Sequence record: SRR31156797_5862
Reading direction: 5' to 3' (one strand)
DNA: 49,108 bases
A program made the translations under genes and the position numbers. Shown piece by piece: positions 29,193-39,193 of the stretch. How positions within the stretch are numbered: position 1 is the first letter of the stretch; each line of letters opens with the position of its first letter. Under the pieces are notes generated by a model. That model saw nothing but the letters and a program-made list of their open reading frames with translations, was not told the origin of the DNA and searched no databases.

Positions 29193-29888
29193 TTAATTGC
29201 GTTTAAATATTAAGTGATGGAACATAGCAATATTCATATACTCAGGTTTTTCGCTTACTCTTTTTTCTATTGTAAGCATATTATTTTGCCAACTCTCATC
29301 ATTATGTATTTCTTGGTTTTGCTGTAGATGCCAGAAACAGCGTAACCCGCTTTTGGATTCTAATATTAGTTTATCCGTACATGATAAAATATCTTTAGCA
29401 TCGTAATATTGTATACTGCCATAATCAACTGAAATGCCATCTTTGCCGTCCAGCAATTCATTGGCGTGTTCGAAATTATTCAGCAGAACAACCATCTGCA
29501 TAACTCTGCCTGCTCTATTGTGCTTGACTATTGAAAGGTGACCGCCTGGCTTTAAGACTCTGATAAATTCCTGTATATACCTTTGCTTGTCATCAATATA
29601 TTCTAATACGCAATGACATAGCACAATATCAAAAGATTCATCGGGTATCTCATTTAGTCGATTAAAGCTTCCGATAATCTGAGTATAATTATTGTCTGCA
29701 TATCTATTTTTTGTAGATTGTTTATTGGGTTCTATGGCTGTGACTTGATTGTTTTTAGCAAAGTGATTGGCAGTTATTCCGTTTCCGCTGCCAAAGTCAA
29801 GAACATTCATGTTATTAATAAAGGATAATTTATCCCAAATCAGCTTCTTTGGGAGCAGTTCCCATGGTGTTATTTTTGATTGCTTCAT
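29193..29888 (-). CDS. Class I SAM-dependent methyltransferase
   Basis: VLDFGSGNG, FDIVLCHCVLEY, RVLKPGG. Confidence 0.9.
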   Translation of the reverse strand: MKQSKITPWELLPKKLIWDKLSFINNMNVLDFGSGNGITANHFAKNNQVTAIEPNKQSTKNRYADNNYTQIIGSFNRLNEIPDESFDIVLCHCVLEYIDDKQRYIQEFIRVLKPGGHLSIVKHNRAGRVMQMVVLLNNFEHANELLDGKDGISVDYGSIQYYDAKDILSCTDKLILESKSGLRCFWHLQQNQEIHNDESWQNNMLTIEKRVSEKPEYMNIAMFHHLIFKRN

Positions 29889-29968
29889 GTTTTCTCCTTT
29901 GAATAGTAGATAAGCATAAGCCTATGTTACTAGACAACTGTTATAATTGCAATTGTTTTACTTTTGTC

Positions 29969-30020
29969 TTGACTTAAATAGTGATAGATGTTAACATAAC
30001 TCCATAAGCAAATACTTATG
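29969..30020 (+). promoter_or_regulatory. arsR-like promoter with overlapping palindromic operator
   Basis: TTGACT-17nt-TAACAT followed by CATAAG-N6-CTTATG at 30003-30020. Confidence 0.65.
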
Positions 30021-30359
30021 GAGATAATTAGATTGGATAGCGTTGAATTTACACTAGAGGAAATGGTTGATTTCTTTAAAGCAGCAGGTGATGTCAATCG
30101 CCTTAAAATTATAAATCTATTAGCATCAAACTCAGTAGATAAGCTGTGTGTAGCAGATGTTTCAAAGATATTGGGGATTACTCAGCCAGCAGCATCGCAG
30201 CATATTAAGGTGCTTAAGAATTTTGGTATCGTATACCCTAATAAGGTGGGATACAGAGTATATTATCATATAGAATTTGATAAATTATCTCAAATGCAGA
30301 AGAAATTGAATGCTATGTTTGACAGCGCTTATCAAAAGTGTGAAGATAATAATGTATAG
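30018..30359 (+). CDS. ArsR/SmtB family transcriptional regulator
   Basis: FKAAGDVNRLKII, LCVADV, TQPAASQHIKVLK; start codon uncertain. Confidence 0.9.
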   Translation: MEIIRLDSVEFTLEEMVDFFKAAGDVNRLKIINLLASNSVDKLCVADVSKILGITQPAASQHIKVLKNFGIVYPNKVGYRVYYHIEFDKLSQMQKKLNAMFDSAYQKCEDNNV

Positions 30360-30440
30360 TTGTTTTTAAGGGATATATTTTTTGCAGCAAGCAATAAGTT
30401 GATGCTTATAGACTTATTTAAAATATTAAGGAGGCTGATT

Positions 30441-31217
30441 ATGAGAAACGAAATCTATTACTTTACAGGAACAGGCAATTCTTTAAGCATATCAAAGGAG
30501 TTGGCTAAACATTTAGGTGGTGCAGAGCTGATATCTATTTCAAATGTAATGGATAATGAGGAGATTAAATGTGACGGTGATACATTGGGAATGGTTGTTC
30601 CTATATACTTTTGGAATTTACCAGAGATAGTAGAGAGGTTTGTTGAAAAATTGCGTATATCAAAAGATACGTATTTGTATGTAATAATAAACTGCGGGGT
30701 TAGCTTCGGTGGAGCACTGCATGTGGCTAATAACCTATTAAAAGCTAAAGATAATGTTATGTCTGCATCATTTGTAGTAAATATGCCTGATAATAGTATT
30801 ATGTTTCCAACAAAGGAGGAAGGAATACCTAAACTTCTTAACAAAATGCCATCTGAGATAGAAAGCATTGCATCTGCTATTAAAAACAGAGAGAAGAATA
30901 AAATAGCAGGGAATATTGTAGCAAGCAAAACATTGGGCGATACAATGAAATTTGTCTGCAAAAATTTTCTAGGATTTAATGAAATGAAACTTAATACCGT
31001 TACCTGCTCTAAATGCGGATTGTGCGAAAGTGTATGTCCGGTGGATAATATCAGTCTAAAAGACGGTAGTCCAGTATGGGGTGATAAATGCGAGATGTGC
31101 TTTGCGTGTATTCACTATTGCCCTAAGCAATCAATAACATATAAGAAGCAAAAATCGCTGGATAACTATCAAATAGTGAATGCTGATATTACCATAAATG
31201 AAATAAAGGAAAGATGA
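30441..31217 (+). CDS. EFR1 family flavodoxin-fold / 2x[4Fe-4S] ferredoxin
   Basis: YYFTGTGNS, MPDN, CxxCxxCxxxCP twice; ATG 30441 after AGGAGG. Confidence 0.9.
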   Translation: MRNEIYYFTGTGNSLSISKELAKHLGGAELISISNVMDNEEIKCDGDTLGMVVPIYFWNLPEIVERFVEKLRISKDTYLYVIINCGVSFGGALHVANNLLKAKDNVMSASFVVNMPDNSIMFPTKEEGIPKLLNKMPSEIESIASAIKNREKNKIAGNIVASKTLGDTMKFVCKNFLGFNEMKLNTVTCSKCGLCESVCPVDNISLKDGSPVWGDKCEMCFACIHYCPKQSITYKKQKSLDNYQIVNADITINEIKER

Positions 31218-31361
31218 ATTTATTAACAATTAAATATTAATATACTAAACACTTTAAAATTGTTATCTGCAATTTATGGGTGTTTTTTAAGATTTTTGTA
31301 TTATATTATGTTAAAATAAATATTAGTGTAATGCAATATTGATTATGAGGCATTTATTAAT

Positions 31362-32420
31362 ATGAGATACAAAAACAAAGTAATGTGGTTTAAAACTGGA
31401 ATTATTATCATCATGATATGTTCTTTGATAGTTATGGTGGTAGCCTTGTATAACAGAATACAGGACTATAACTCAGTTCACAGTCATCAAGAATTACAAT
31501 TACAAGATGATAATAACAAAATAGAAGTTCAGCTAGATGTGCAGGAAGTAACACCTACGCCAACTACTGAACCTACTCCTACACCAATAAGCTACGAGCC
31601 ATATGTAATAGCATGGATTAGCGATACACAAGGGTACACTATGGCAAAGCCGCAGATATTTACTACTATGACTCAATGGATAGCAGATAATGCGGAAGAA
31701 GAAAATATTGAATACGTTATTCACACTGGAGATATTGTGGATGATAAAGATGATTCTGAACAATGGGACAATGCTTTAGATGCTATGTATATTCTAGATG
31801 GTCATGTTCCTGTGCTGACAGTTGCAGGTAATCATGATATTAACAGCGGTAAGCATGAATATGAAGAGTACCTAAAGTATTTTGGTGAAGACAAATATTC
31901 CGATATTGAGACTGTAGGCGGCTGGTACAAGGATGGTAGAGGCAGATATGATTTAATTGAGATAAATGGCGAGCCTGTAATACTAATGTCTATTGGTTAT
32001 AGTGTGGTCAGCTCTGATTTGGAATGGGTCAATGAAGTGCTTGCTGAATATAGAGACCATACTGCTATTCTTTGTGTTCATGGATATATTGATACTGATG
32101 AGAGTTACTCATCTGATGGCAAAAGGCTTTTGCCAGAGGTAGTAGCAGTAAATGATAATATAAAAATGGTCATATGCGGACATCGTCACGGCGTACATCA
32201 CAATAGTGTTTCTTTTGATGATGACGGTGATGGAATAGATGACAGAACAGTATATCAGCTGCTGTTTAATGGACAAACCACCAAGAATTACGGCGGTGGA
32301 TATATGTGCTTTCTGACATTTGACAGTGAGTCTAATCAAATGAATGTATCATATTATTCACCTTATTACGACAGCTTTGAAAATGAAAATCTGGAGGAAT
32401 TTAGTATACCGTGGGAATAG
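31362..32420 (+). CDS. Membrane-anchored calcineurin-like metallophosphoesterase
   Basis: N-terminal TM, PT linker, SDTQ, HTGDIVD, GNHD, GHRH. Confidence 0.88.
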   Translation: MRYKNKVMWFKTGIIIIMICSLIVMVVALYNRIQDYNSVHSHQELQLQDDNNKIEVQLDVQEVTPTPTTEPTPTPISYEPYVIAWISDTQGYTMAKPQIFTTMTQWIADNAEEENIEYVIHTGDIVDDKDDSEQWDNALDAMYILDGHVPVLTVAGNHDINSGKHEYEEYLKYFGEDKYSDIETVGGWYKDGRGRYDLIEINGEPVILMSIGYSVVSSDLEWVNEVLAEYRDHTAILCVHGYIDTDESYSSDGKRLLPEVVAVNDNIKMVICGHRHGVHHNSVSFDDDGDGIDDRTVYQLLFNGQTTKNYGGGYMCFLTFDSESNQMNVSYYSPYYDSFENENLEEFSIPWE

Positions 32421-32428
32421 ATACGAAC

Positions 32429-33046
32429 ATGCAAATAGTTTATGGTACAACAAATGAATCCAAAATCCGCTATATGAAGGAAATGCTGAAGGGATTGGAC
32501 ATAAAGATTGTTGGAATTTCAGATTTGAATACCAATTTGCCAGATGTTGAGGAAAATGGTATTGACCCTATAGACAATGCAGTAATCAAAGCAAAGGCGT
32601 ATTACAATGTGATAAAGCAGCCTGTGTTTTCTGCAGACAGCGGGCTGTATTTAGATGGTGTCAATGACGAAGAACAGCCAGGTGCAAAGGCAAGGCGTGT
32701 TAATGGCAAGCGATTAAACGACAGAGAAATGGTAGAGCATTACTGCTCGCTTGCTGCAAAATACGGCGGCAAGTTAAAGGCACATTATCGAAATGCAATT
32801 GCTATGGTAATAGATGAGGACAATATCATTATGTGTAATGATGGTATCATAAATTCCGAACCATTTTATATTGTGGATAAGCCATACGGAAAATTGGATA
32901 ATGGTTTTCCGTTGGATAGTATTTCTGTTGATATTACATCAGGTAAGTATTACTATGAGATTGATAAGGTAGAGTACGAGTGGGATAGAAAAAGGGTATA
33001 TCAGGAGTTTTTTGCTGAAGCAAAGAGACTCTTTCATAATAAATAA
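32429..33046 (+). CDS. Ham1/RdgB-like non-canonical purine NTP pyrophosphatase family protein
   Basis: GTTNESK, VEENG...NAVIKA, SADSGL, QPG. Confidence 0.8.
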   Translation: MQIVYGTTNESKIRYMKEMLKGLDIKIVGISDLNTNLPDVEENGIDPIDNAVIKAKAYYNVIKQPVFSADSGLYLDGVNDEEQPGAKARRVNGKRLNDREMVEHYCSLAAKYGGKLKAHYRNAIAMVIDEDNIIMCNDGIINSEPFYIVDKPYGKLDNGFPLDSISVDITSGKYYYEIDKVEYEWDRKRVYQEFFAEAKRLFHNK

Positions 33047-33095
33047 GTCCTATGATATAGGATTTGTATTCTGAAGCATATTATTGGGGGATTAA

Positions 33096-33620
33096 ATGAA
33101 AAAGATAGTTATTTTGGTTTTTGTATTGTTAATAGTGTTAGGACTAGTAGCATGTAACCCTATAGAAGATACAAATGGGGCAGATGATACCAGCCTTTGT
33201 CAGATTACCAAAGAAGAGCTTATAGGTAATTCATCAAGATGGTCTACTACTAAATCAGTTACAAAAACACGCAGGAATTCATCTAGCCATAGTAGCAGTA
33301 TTGATATTAATGATGATATCGACTACGATTATCTGTCTTTTAAAACAGGCTCATCTTCTGGTACTACTACCATGGTTGGCGTGAAGCTACATGAGGATGA
33401 GACTGTCAGAGTCAGCGTAGAGACAAGTATTGATGAAGGTAACCTTGCAGTTGTTCTGGTGAAAAAGAATAGTGATGGAAATGAGTTGATATATCAATTT
33501 CAAAATGATTCACAGGATGCATATACCATTACTGCAGATGAAGATGCTGCTTACTTAGTAAAGGTAGGAGCTGAGAGTTTTGGCGGCAAAATAGTTATTA
33601 CAAGAGAGTATTTGGAATAA
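33096..33620 (+). CDS. Hypothetical lipoprotein
   Basis: Lipobox LVAC; beta-rich C-terminal domain. Confidence 0.75.
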   Translation: MKKIVILVFVLLIVLGLVACNPIEDTNGADDTSLCQITKEELIGNSSRWSTTKSVTKTRRNSSSHSSSIDINDDIDYDYLSFKTGSSSGTTTMVGVKLHEDETVRVSVETSIDEGNLAVVLVKKNSDGNELIYQFQNDSQDAYTITADEDAAYLVKVGAESFGGKIVITREYLE

Positions 33621-33806
33621 ATATAGTGAAGTAACTGGATATTTTATGTAATTTTAATCAATATTGATTGTTTAAGAGTAGGAGGTTAGATGTGATAAAA
33701 CGAATTAATTACTCGATACAGCTATAGGATAGATGATGTATCGAGTAAATAAGCCTATCCACTGGCTGTATCGCTTATTGGATTAAATAAAAAATAGGAG
33801 ATACAT

Positions 33807-34565
33807 ATGAATAGAGAACTATACGAATTTTGGAAATCAGAAGAGGAAAGAAGCTTTGCTGGCTGGGACTTTTCGTCTTTAAATGAGAGATGGGAGGAAG
33901 AAAATCTGCCTTGGGACTATAAACAGATAATACTGGAACACTTAAAGAGTGATGACTTTTTGCTGGATATGGGTACAGGAGGCGGAGAGTTCCTTTTGAC
34001 ATTAAACCACCCATATAATAAAACGGCTGTAACAGAGGGTTATGAGCCAAATTATAAGCTGTGTATCAGAAGGCTTGCGCCACTCGGCATAGATGTACAG
34101 TCTGTAGATGAAAGGGATGAGATTTTTAATTTTGATGATAACACATTTGATATTGTTATTAACCGCCATGAATCATTTTCTTATGAGGAAGTTCGGCGTG
34201 TGTTAAAGCCGGATGGTATATTTATTACTCAGCAGGTAGGGGAGAGCGACACTGTTTCATTATCTAAGGAGCTGATAGCAGGATTTACTACTCAATTTAC
34301 AGGCTGGAATATGAACAATGTTAAAGCTGAATTAATGAATCATGGTTTTGATGTACTCAGCTGTAATGAGAGTTTTCCATATTTACGTTACTTTGATGTA
34401 GGAGCGATAGTATATTATGCGAAGATTATCGAGTGGCAGTTTCCGGGATTTTCTGTAGATAAATGTAGTGACAAGTTATTGGAATTACATGAAAAGTGCC
34501 AAGAAAAGGGATATGTTGAGACTAATCAGCATAGATTTATATTGGTTTGCAAAAATGAAAAATAA
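33807..34565 (+). CDS. Class I SAM-dependent methyltransferase
   Basis: FAGWDFS, LLDMGTGGGE, FDIVINRHES, LKPDGIFITQQVG. Confidence 0.9.
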   Translation: MNRELYEFWKSEEERSFAGWDFSSLNERWEEENLPWDYKQIILEHLKSDDFLLDMGTGGGEFLLTLNHPYNKTAVTEGYEPNYKLCIRRLAPLGIDVQSVDERDEIFNFDDNTFDIVINRHESFSYEEVRRVLKPDGIFITQQVGESDTVSLSKELIAGFTTQFTGWNMNNVKAELMNHGFDVLSCNESFPYLRYFDVGAIVYYAKIIEWQFPGFSVDKCSDKLLELHEKCQEKGYVETNQHRFILVCKNEK

Positions 34566-34574
34566 GTAGAATAG

Positions 34575-34610
34575 AAGCACTATGTAAATGATTTATATAG
34601 TGCTTTGTTT
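34575..34610. terminator. Probable bidirectional terminator
   Basis: AAGCACTATGTAAA / TTTATATAGTGCTT inverted repeat between convergent genes. Confidence 0.6.
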
Positions 34611-34665
34611 AATTATAGGCATCAAATGCTCGCTTCATTATTTTTGAAAACAATCTCTTCATTAA

Positions 34666-35109
34666 TTATTTCTTCCTAACTAATTTAGTAACTTTGGGGT
34701 AGAAGCCAAAATTTCTGTAAAAATCATGAACTGTTTCATTGCCTACTGCAACGTATATTTCGATATTTTCTATATTATTTTCTTTCAGCCAGTTAAGGGA
34801 TTTCTCCATTAATGTATATCCGATATTCTTGCCGCGATAGTTATCATCCACATAGAGGGACTCAATTTCACCTTTATTTTCAGTAAATGATGTTACTATA
34901 TAGCCGATATCTTGATTTTCGTCTTTTGTAATTGTTATAAAAAGTTCTTTTCCATCTGTCAGAAAGGATTGCTTTCTCTTAGAATAGGATATTTCAGTTA
35001 ATTCGTCTCCAAAATAGGTGGAGCAATTACTATGATATTCTCTTTGTTTATTCCATAAGGGTTCGATATTGTCTATAAGCTCTGCACTGCCTGTTTTGTA
35101 TTTAATCAT
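34666..35109 (-). CDS. GNAT family N-acetyltransferase
   Basis: LYVDDNYRGKNIGYTLM, N...FYRNFGF; probable start MIKYK after GGAG. Confidence 0.88.
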   Translation of the reverse strand: MIKYKTGSAELIDNIEPLWNKQREYHSNCSTYFGDELTEISYSKRKQSFLTDGKELFITITKDENQDIGYIVTSFTENKGEIESLYVDDNYRGKNIGYTLMEKSLNWLKENNIENIEIYVAVGNETVHDFYRNFGFYPKVTKLVRKK

Positions 35110-35217
35110 ATGTTTCTCCAATTCTAAATATGAATGATTATAGCATAAATGCACTAGTAAATCTATCTGGTGCATTTATAGTATGGTATTAATCTGAGGG
35201 AGAAGAATAGAACTGCT

Positions 35218-36042
35218 TTATACTACATTCCATGACAGTCCTACTGTACCAATACCAGCGTCACAGCCTATTACTGGTGAAGTAGGAACAATATTTACCT
35301 CAACATTTGACATTGTCATTATTCTGCTTTTAAGCTCTGATGCACATCTTTCGTTATTCACATGAAAAATCGTTACATGTCGTATATAATAAGTAGCAAT
35401 ATTATCTTCAAATAGGGAAACCAGGGTATTTATCCCATGCTTCTTGGATGGTACGTTTTTGAAAACAGTTGCTTGTCCATGTTCAACTTTATAGATTGGT
35501 ACTGTCTTGCGAAATCCTATTGAATGGTGTTCCGATGTGTATATGTCAAAGTCAGGACATAGATACAGATGATTTTTCTCAATGGAATTTTTCATCTGTG
35601 TAACTATTTGCTTGTATGATGCATCTTCTTCATAATATTCAACACCTACCATTGTGATATGTCCGTGTTGATTGCTTGTTGAACCTGAATTGATAATGGT
35701 TATTGCTGCATTAGGATTATTTCTGAGTATTCTTTCTTTTGCTTTTATAGCGTTGTAATATGCTTCACTTATTTTTGAAGAAGCCAAAGTGCAGACAACG
35801 CTTTGACCTATTTTTGTACACTTTTGAAAGGCTGTATAGAATTCACTCTCTGGGATATCTGTTGCAGTCATACCTTCATGACTATTAGTAATTGATTTGT
35901 AGAACATAGAATAGTCCATATTAGCTTCTATAAACACGTCATTGCCGATTTTTATTGTACGTGATAACACCAAAATATAGTGTTTGTCAATATATCTTCT
36001 GTCTAAACCTGCCATTGAATCTGTAATAAATCTCATTTTCAT
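35218..36042 (-). CDS. DegV family fatty-acid-binding protein (divergent)
   Basis: ITDS, SSKISEAY, INSGS, SPVIGCDAGIGTVG. Confidence 0.8.
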   Translation of the reverse strand: MKMRFITDSMAGLDRRYIDKHYILVLSRTIKIGNDVFIEANMDYSMFYKSITNSHEGMTATDIPESEFYTAFQKCTKIGQSVVCTLASSKISEAYYNAIKAKERILRNNPNAAITIINSGSTSNQHGHITMVGVEYYEEDASYKQIVTQMKNSIEKNHLYLCPDFDIYTSEHHSIGFRKTVPIYKVEHGQATVFKNVPSKKHGINTLVSLFEDNIATYYIRHVTIFHVNNERCASELKSRIMTMSNVEVNIVPTSPVIGCDAGIGTVGLSWNVV

Positions 36043-36169
36043 TTTGTTACCTCAATAAACATTATTTTGCAATCCACCTGAACTATATCTATTACATCTA
36101 CTTGATTCATATATAAGCAATAAGGTAGCGATATTAACAAAAAAACCTCTATGAATTAAAAAGTCAATT

Positions 36170-36213
36170 TTCAGCCACAAGTTAGCCATAAGTTAGCCAT
36201 AATTTAGCCATAA
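36170..36213. repeat. Tandem 11-bp repeat, four copies
   Basis: TTCAGCCACAA GTTAGCCATAA GTTAGCCATAA TTTAGCCATAA. Confidence 0.85.
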
Positions 36214-36292
36214 GTAACAATTGGTTTGTTGATACTATATGTAGTAAATAAAGAGTTCTTGTGGTATTATTACCTCAGGAATAAAATTTGTT

Positions 36293-36619
36293 GTGGATAA
36301 TATGAGTAAAAGAAAAATACAATTAAATGAAAATACAATAGTCTTAGAATATACGGACAAATCAGCATTATTTGGAACTACACGAAGAAGGAAACTATAT
36401 CCAGAAGATATCGAATACATAACGATTGAGACCTGTGTGGAAAAAGTGCTGTTTAATAATTATATATCAGAAAAAATTGTTATTAAGTCCAATAGAATTG
36501 CTAATAAGATAACGTACTATGGTATAAAGGAATTTGAGCATTTTGAGGATTACAAGAATGGCTTGAGGATATTTGCAAGAAGCAATAACATTACGCTAAG
36601 AGACATGGTCAAGCTCTAG
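36293..36619 (+). CDS. Hypothetical protein
   Basis: 108-aa ORF filling the gap; start 36293 or 36302. Confidence 0.6.
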   Translation: MDNMSKRKIQLNENTIVLEYTDKSALFGTTRRRKLYPEDIEYITIETCVEKVLFNNYISEKIVIKSNRIANKITYYGIKEFEHFEDYKNGLRIFARSNNITLRDMVKL

Positions 36620-37465
36620 TGATTTTTTCTTATCTGTTATAACTGTAATAATAAGAGCTGACAGAATAAGTATATATCCTACTAATGCATATTTTGCAGG
36701 TCTTTCACCGATTGATAAAAACACCCATATAGGATTAAGTATTGGTTCTATCAGAGTTAGTATACTAGAGTCTACAGCTGCAATTCTTTTCCTGCCTGCA
36801 TAGAAGAATACATATGCTACGCTTATCTGTACAGATCCTAAAATAATAAGGCATATCCATGACTTTGAATCCATTATGTATGGAGCACTTTCCCAAGGTA
36901 CCATAAATGCTGCTACTGGTACGACACATAGATTTAATAGTGATGTAAGACCTAAACCTGACAATCCATAATCCACACCGAAAAAGAGCAGCAAAACCGA
37001 AAAGCTGATGCCGCTGACCATTGCTATCATATTACCCTTAATATTGTTTCCTGATACTGGTTCTAATAAGAAAGCGATGATTCCTAATAGTATCATAAGC
37101 ATAGGAAGCAGTTTCGTTTTGTCAAATTGTTTTTTGAATACCAGCAATCCCAAAAAGATATAAAGAGGCGAACTGGATTGAATTGCTATGGCATTCGCAG
37201 CAGCTGTCATCTTGGTAGATAGTACAAAGCATGTTAGACATGTAGTGTAGCTGATGGATAAAAATATCAATTTCTTTATGTTCTTTATCTGCTTTAACCG
37301 GATAAAAGGACTAAGTACCAAGAAAGCTATTAAGCTTCTGCCCATGGCAATAAAAGCTCCAGGAGCATTGATATTCTTAATAAGTATACCGCCAAGACTC
37401 CATAGGACTGCAGCAATCAGGACATACAACATGCCCTTGTTTTTTTCACTTAAATTATTAACCAT
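36596..37465 (-). CDS. EamA/DMT family transporter
   Basis: About ten TMs; AVLWSLGGILIK, AANAI, LIEPILNPIWV..GE. Confidence 0.9.
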   Translation of the reverse strand: MVNNLSEKNKGMLYVLIAAVLWSLGGILIKNINAPGAFIAMGRSLIAFLVLSPFIRLKQIKNIKKLIFLSISYTTCLTCFVLSTKMTAAANAIAIQSSSPLYIFLGLLVFKKQFDKTKLLPMLMILLGIIAFLLEPVSGNNIKGNMIAMVSGISFSVLLLFFGVDYGLSGLGLTSLLNLCVVPVAAFMVPWESAPYIMDSKSWICLIILGSVQISVAYVFFYAGRKRIAAVDSSILTLIEPILNPIWVFLSIGERPAKYALVGYILILSALIITVITDKKKSLELDHVS

Positions 37466-37470
37466 GATTG

Positions 37471-38865
37471 CTATCTTTTTTTGCTTTTAATCCATTTGCT
37501 AAATTCTAATGTGTTATCCCCTAGGCGTACATCTCCTGCAACTACCAGACAGAATACAGCAGGGAACACTCTGGCTACAAATACTGGATTGACCAGTCCG
37601 TAGCCCATAAAGAATATCCAAAGGACGACCCTGATAAACTTGGTGTCAGAATAGAAGATACCTTTTAAGTTGCGGAAAAACAGCATGATAAAGCATAGAA
37701 TAAGCGGTGCACAGCCAACTATGCCATACATTGCCAGAAAGTCTAGCCATGAGCTGTGATTGCCGATACCGTTTGCCAGAGTAGCGGTCTTGTAATATGC
37801 ACCTACGCCGAATATTGGATTGTCTATGAATGATTCTAAGGATACATTATAGAATCGAATTCTGGATACTGTACGGTATCCAATAGTTGCGAAGTCTTCT
37901 TCATGTCCATTTAGCTTAGGTTCGATAGTAAAGCCCAAATCTGTCTGACCTGTGACAACACGCCATAAATCCAGATATTTAATATAGTATTCAGTCCTGA
38001 CTGCCTCATGACCTATGAATGTCATAAACATGGCAATAATTACAATTGTTACTGCAACCAATATAAGCATACTTCTTCTGTGTATTTTATTCTTGTAGAA
38101 AAATAATGCATAAACTGTAAACAGTATGAGCATCAGATATATAAGCAATGTAGAGCCGGTATAGCCTGAATAGAAAATGCCTATAATACTAAGAGCATAT
38201 ATTATTCCCATTATTATTTTGTGACGTGCTTTGATAGTGTAGTAGAAAAGCAATGGCATACCAATAGCAGATGCTGTAAATAGAGGATAATCACCTAAGC
38301 CAAGAAGTTCCAGCCTGAAGAATCTATTGTATTGGGTTGTATACAGTGCATTTTTTACTCTTGCAGCAAATGGTTCAGAATTTAATATAAAACAGCTTCT
38401 GAGACTGTCAAAGGCTATAATTGCAAAGGCTATGACAATTAATACCTTCAGTGCACTTCTGTCATTATATGTAGAATATATATAGTCCATCATGTAAACA
38501 GTCATGAACATTACAGTATAGATGATTCCCCAGTAGCCATTTTCACCAAAGCCAATAACTGTATAAATAATGCAGACTAATAGCCAGAGTAAAAGACTTA
38601 CCATTTCTGGGAAACGACCTTTATCCACCAATAGCTTCTTACCCTGCTTCTTGTAATACAAAATGGCTGATATGAACCACATCAGATACAGAGCAAAGAA
38701 TATTGCATATGTTCCTATACTGATTCTAGTAATGGCAGCGAATGTAGGTGAAATTAGAGTCGCTAAATACAGTGCACCGAGAAATAAATCCCAGCGAATA
38801 AATACTTTCCAGTCTTTCATAGAACTAAGATTTGCTTTTAGTAACGACATAGGAATTCCTTTCAA
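37471..38865 (-). CDS. O-antigen ligase / Wzy_C family membrane protein
   Basis: Polytopic; late loop R...NPIFGVG...NHSSWLDFLAMYGIVG. Confidence 0.75.
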   Translation of the reverse strand: MKGIPMSLLKANLSSMKDWKVFIRWDLFLGALYLATLISPTFAAITRISIGTYAIFFALYLMWFISAILYYKKQGKKLLVDKGRFPEMVSLLLWLLVCIIYTVIGFGENGYWGIIYTVMFMTVYMMDYIYSTYNDRSALKVLIVIAFAIIAFDSLRSCFILNSEPFAARVKNALYTTQYNRFFRLELLGLGDYPLFTASAIGMPLLFYYTIKARHKIIMGIIYALSIIGIFYSGYTGSTLLIYLMLILFTVYALFFYKNKIHRRSMLILVAVTIVIIAMFMTFIGHEAVRTEYYIKYLDLWRVVTGQTDLGFTIEPKLNGHEEDFATIGYRTVSRIRFYNVSLESFIDNPIFGVGAYYKTATLANGIGNHSSWLDFLAMYGIVGCAPLILCFIMLFFRNLKGIFYSDTKFIRVVLWIFFMGYGLVNPVFVARVFPAVFCLVVAGDVRLGDNTLEFSKWIKSKKR

Positions 38866-39193
38866 GAGAAAATGAATTAATAATTACCCAGTTATTATAT
38901 CATAAAATAATTATCTTTTATACAATTAAACCAATTACATGATATGACATTGATTACAAATGATTAAATATTTAATAATTACAGTAGAAGGTGTACAAAA
39001 TATGTATTACCTTAGTTGTATTGATATAGTTGATATTTTGGTAATAATAACTAATATGGTGTCAAGAAATCGAACAATTTGTGTATATTGTCACGATAGC
39101 TTGATATATAGTTAATATAATAATATAATGTAGTTATTAATACTAAATGAAAAGGCTGGAATAAAACGATATAAATAACGTGAGGATGGTTAT

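Noticed and set aside
33679-33730. Strong AGGAGG followed by GTG and an 11-codon ORF
   Set aside because: Too short to support; may be a gene remnant
36170-36213. Possible CRISPR array
   Set aside because: Units are 11 bp and contiguous, with no spacers
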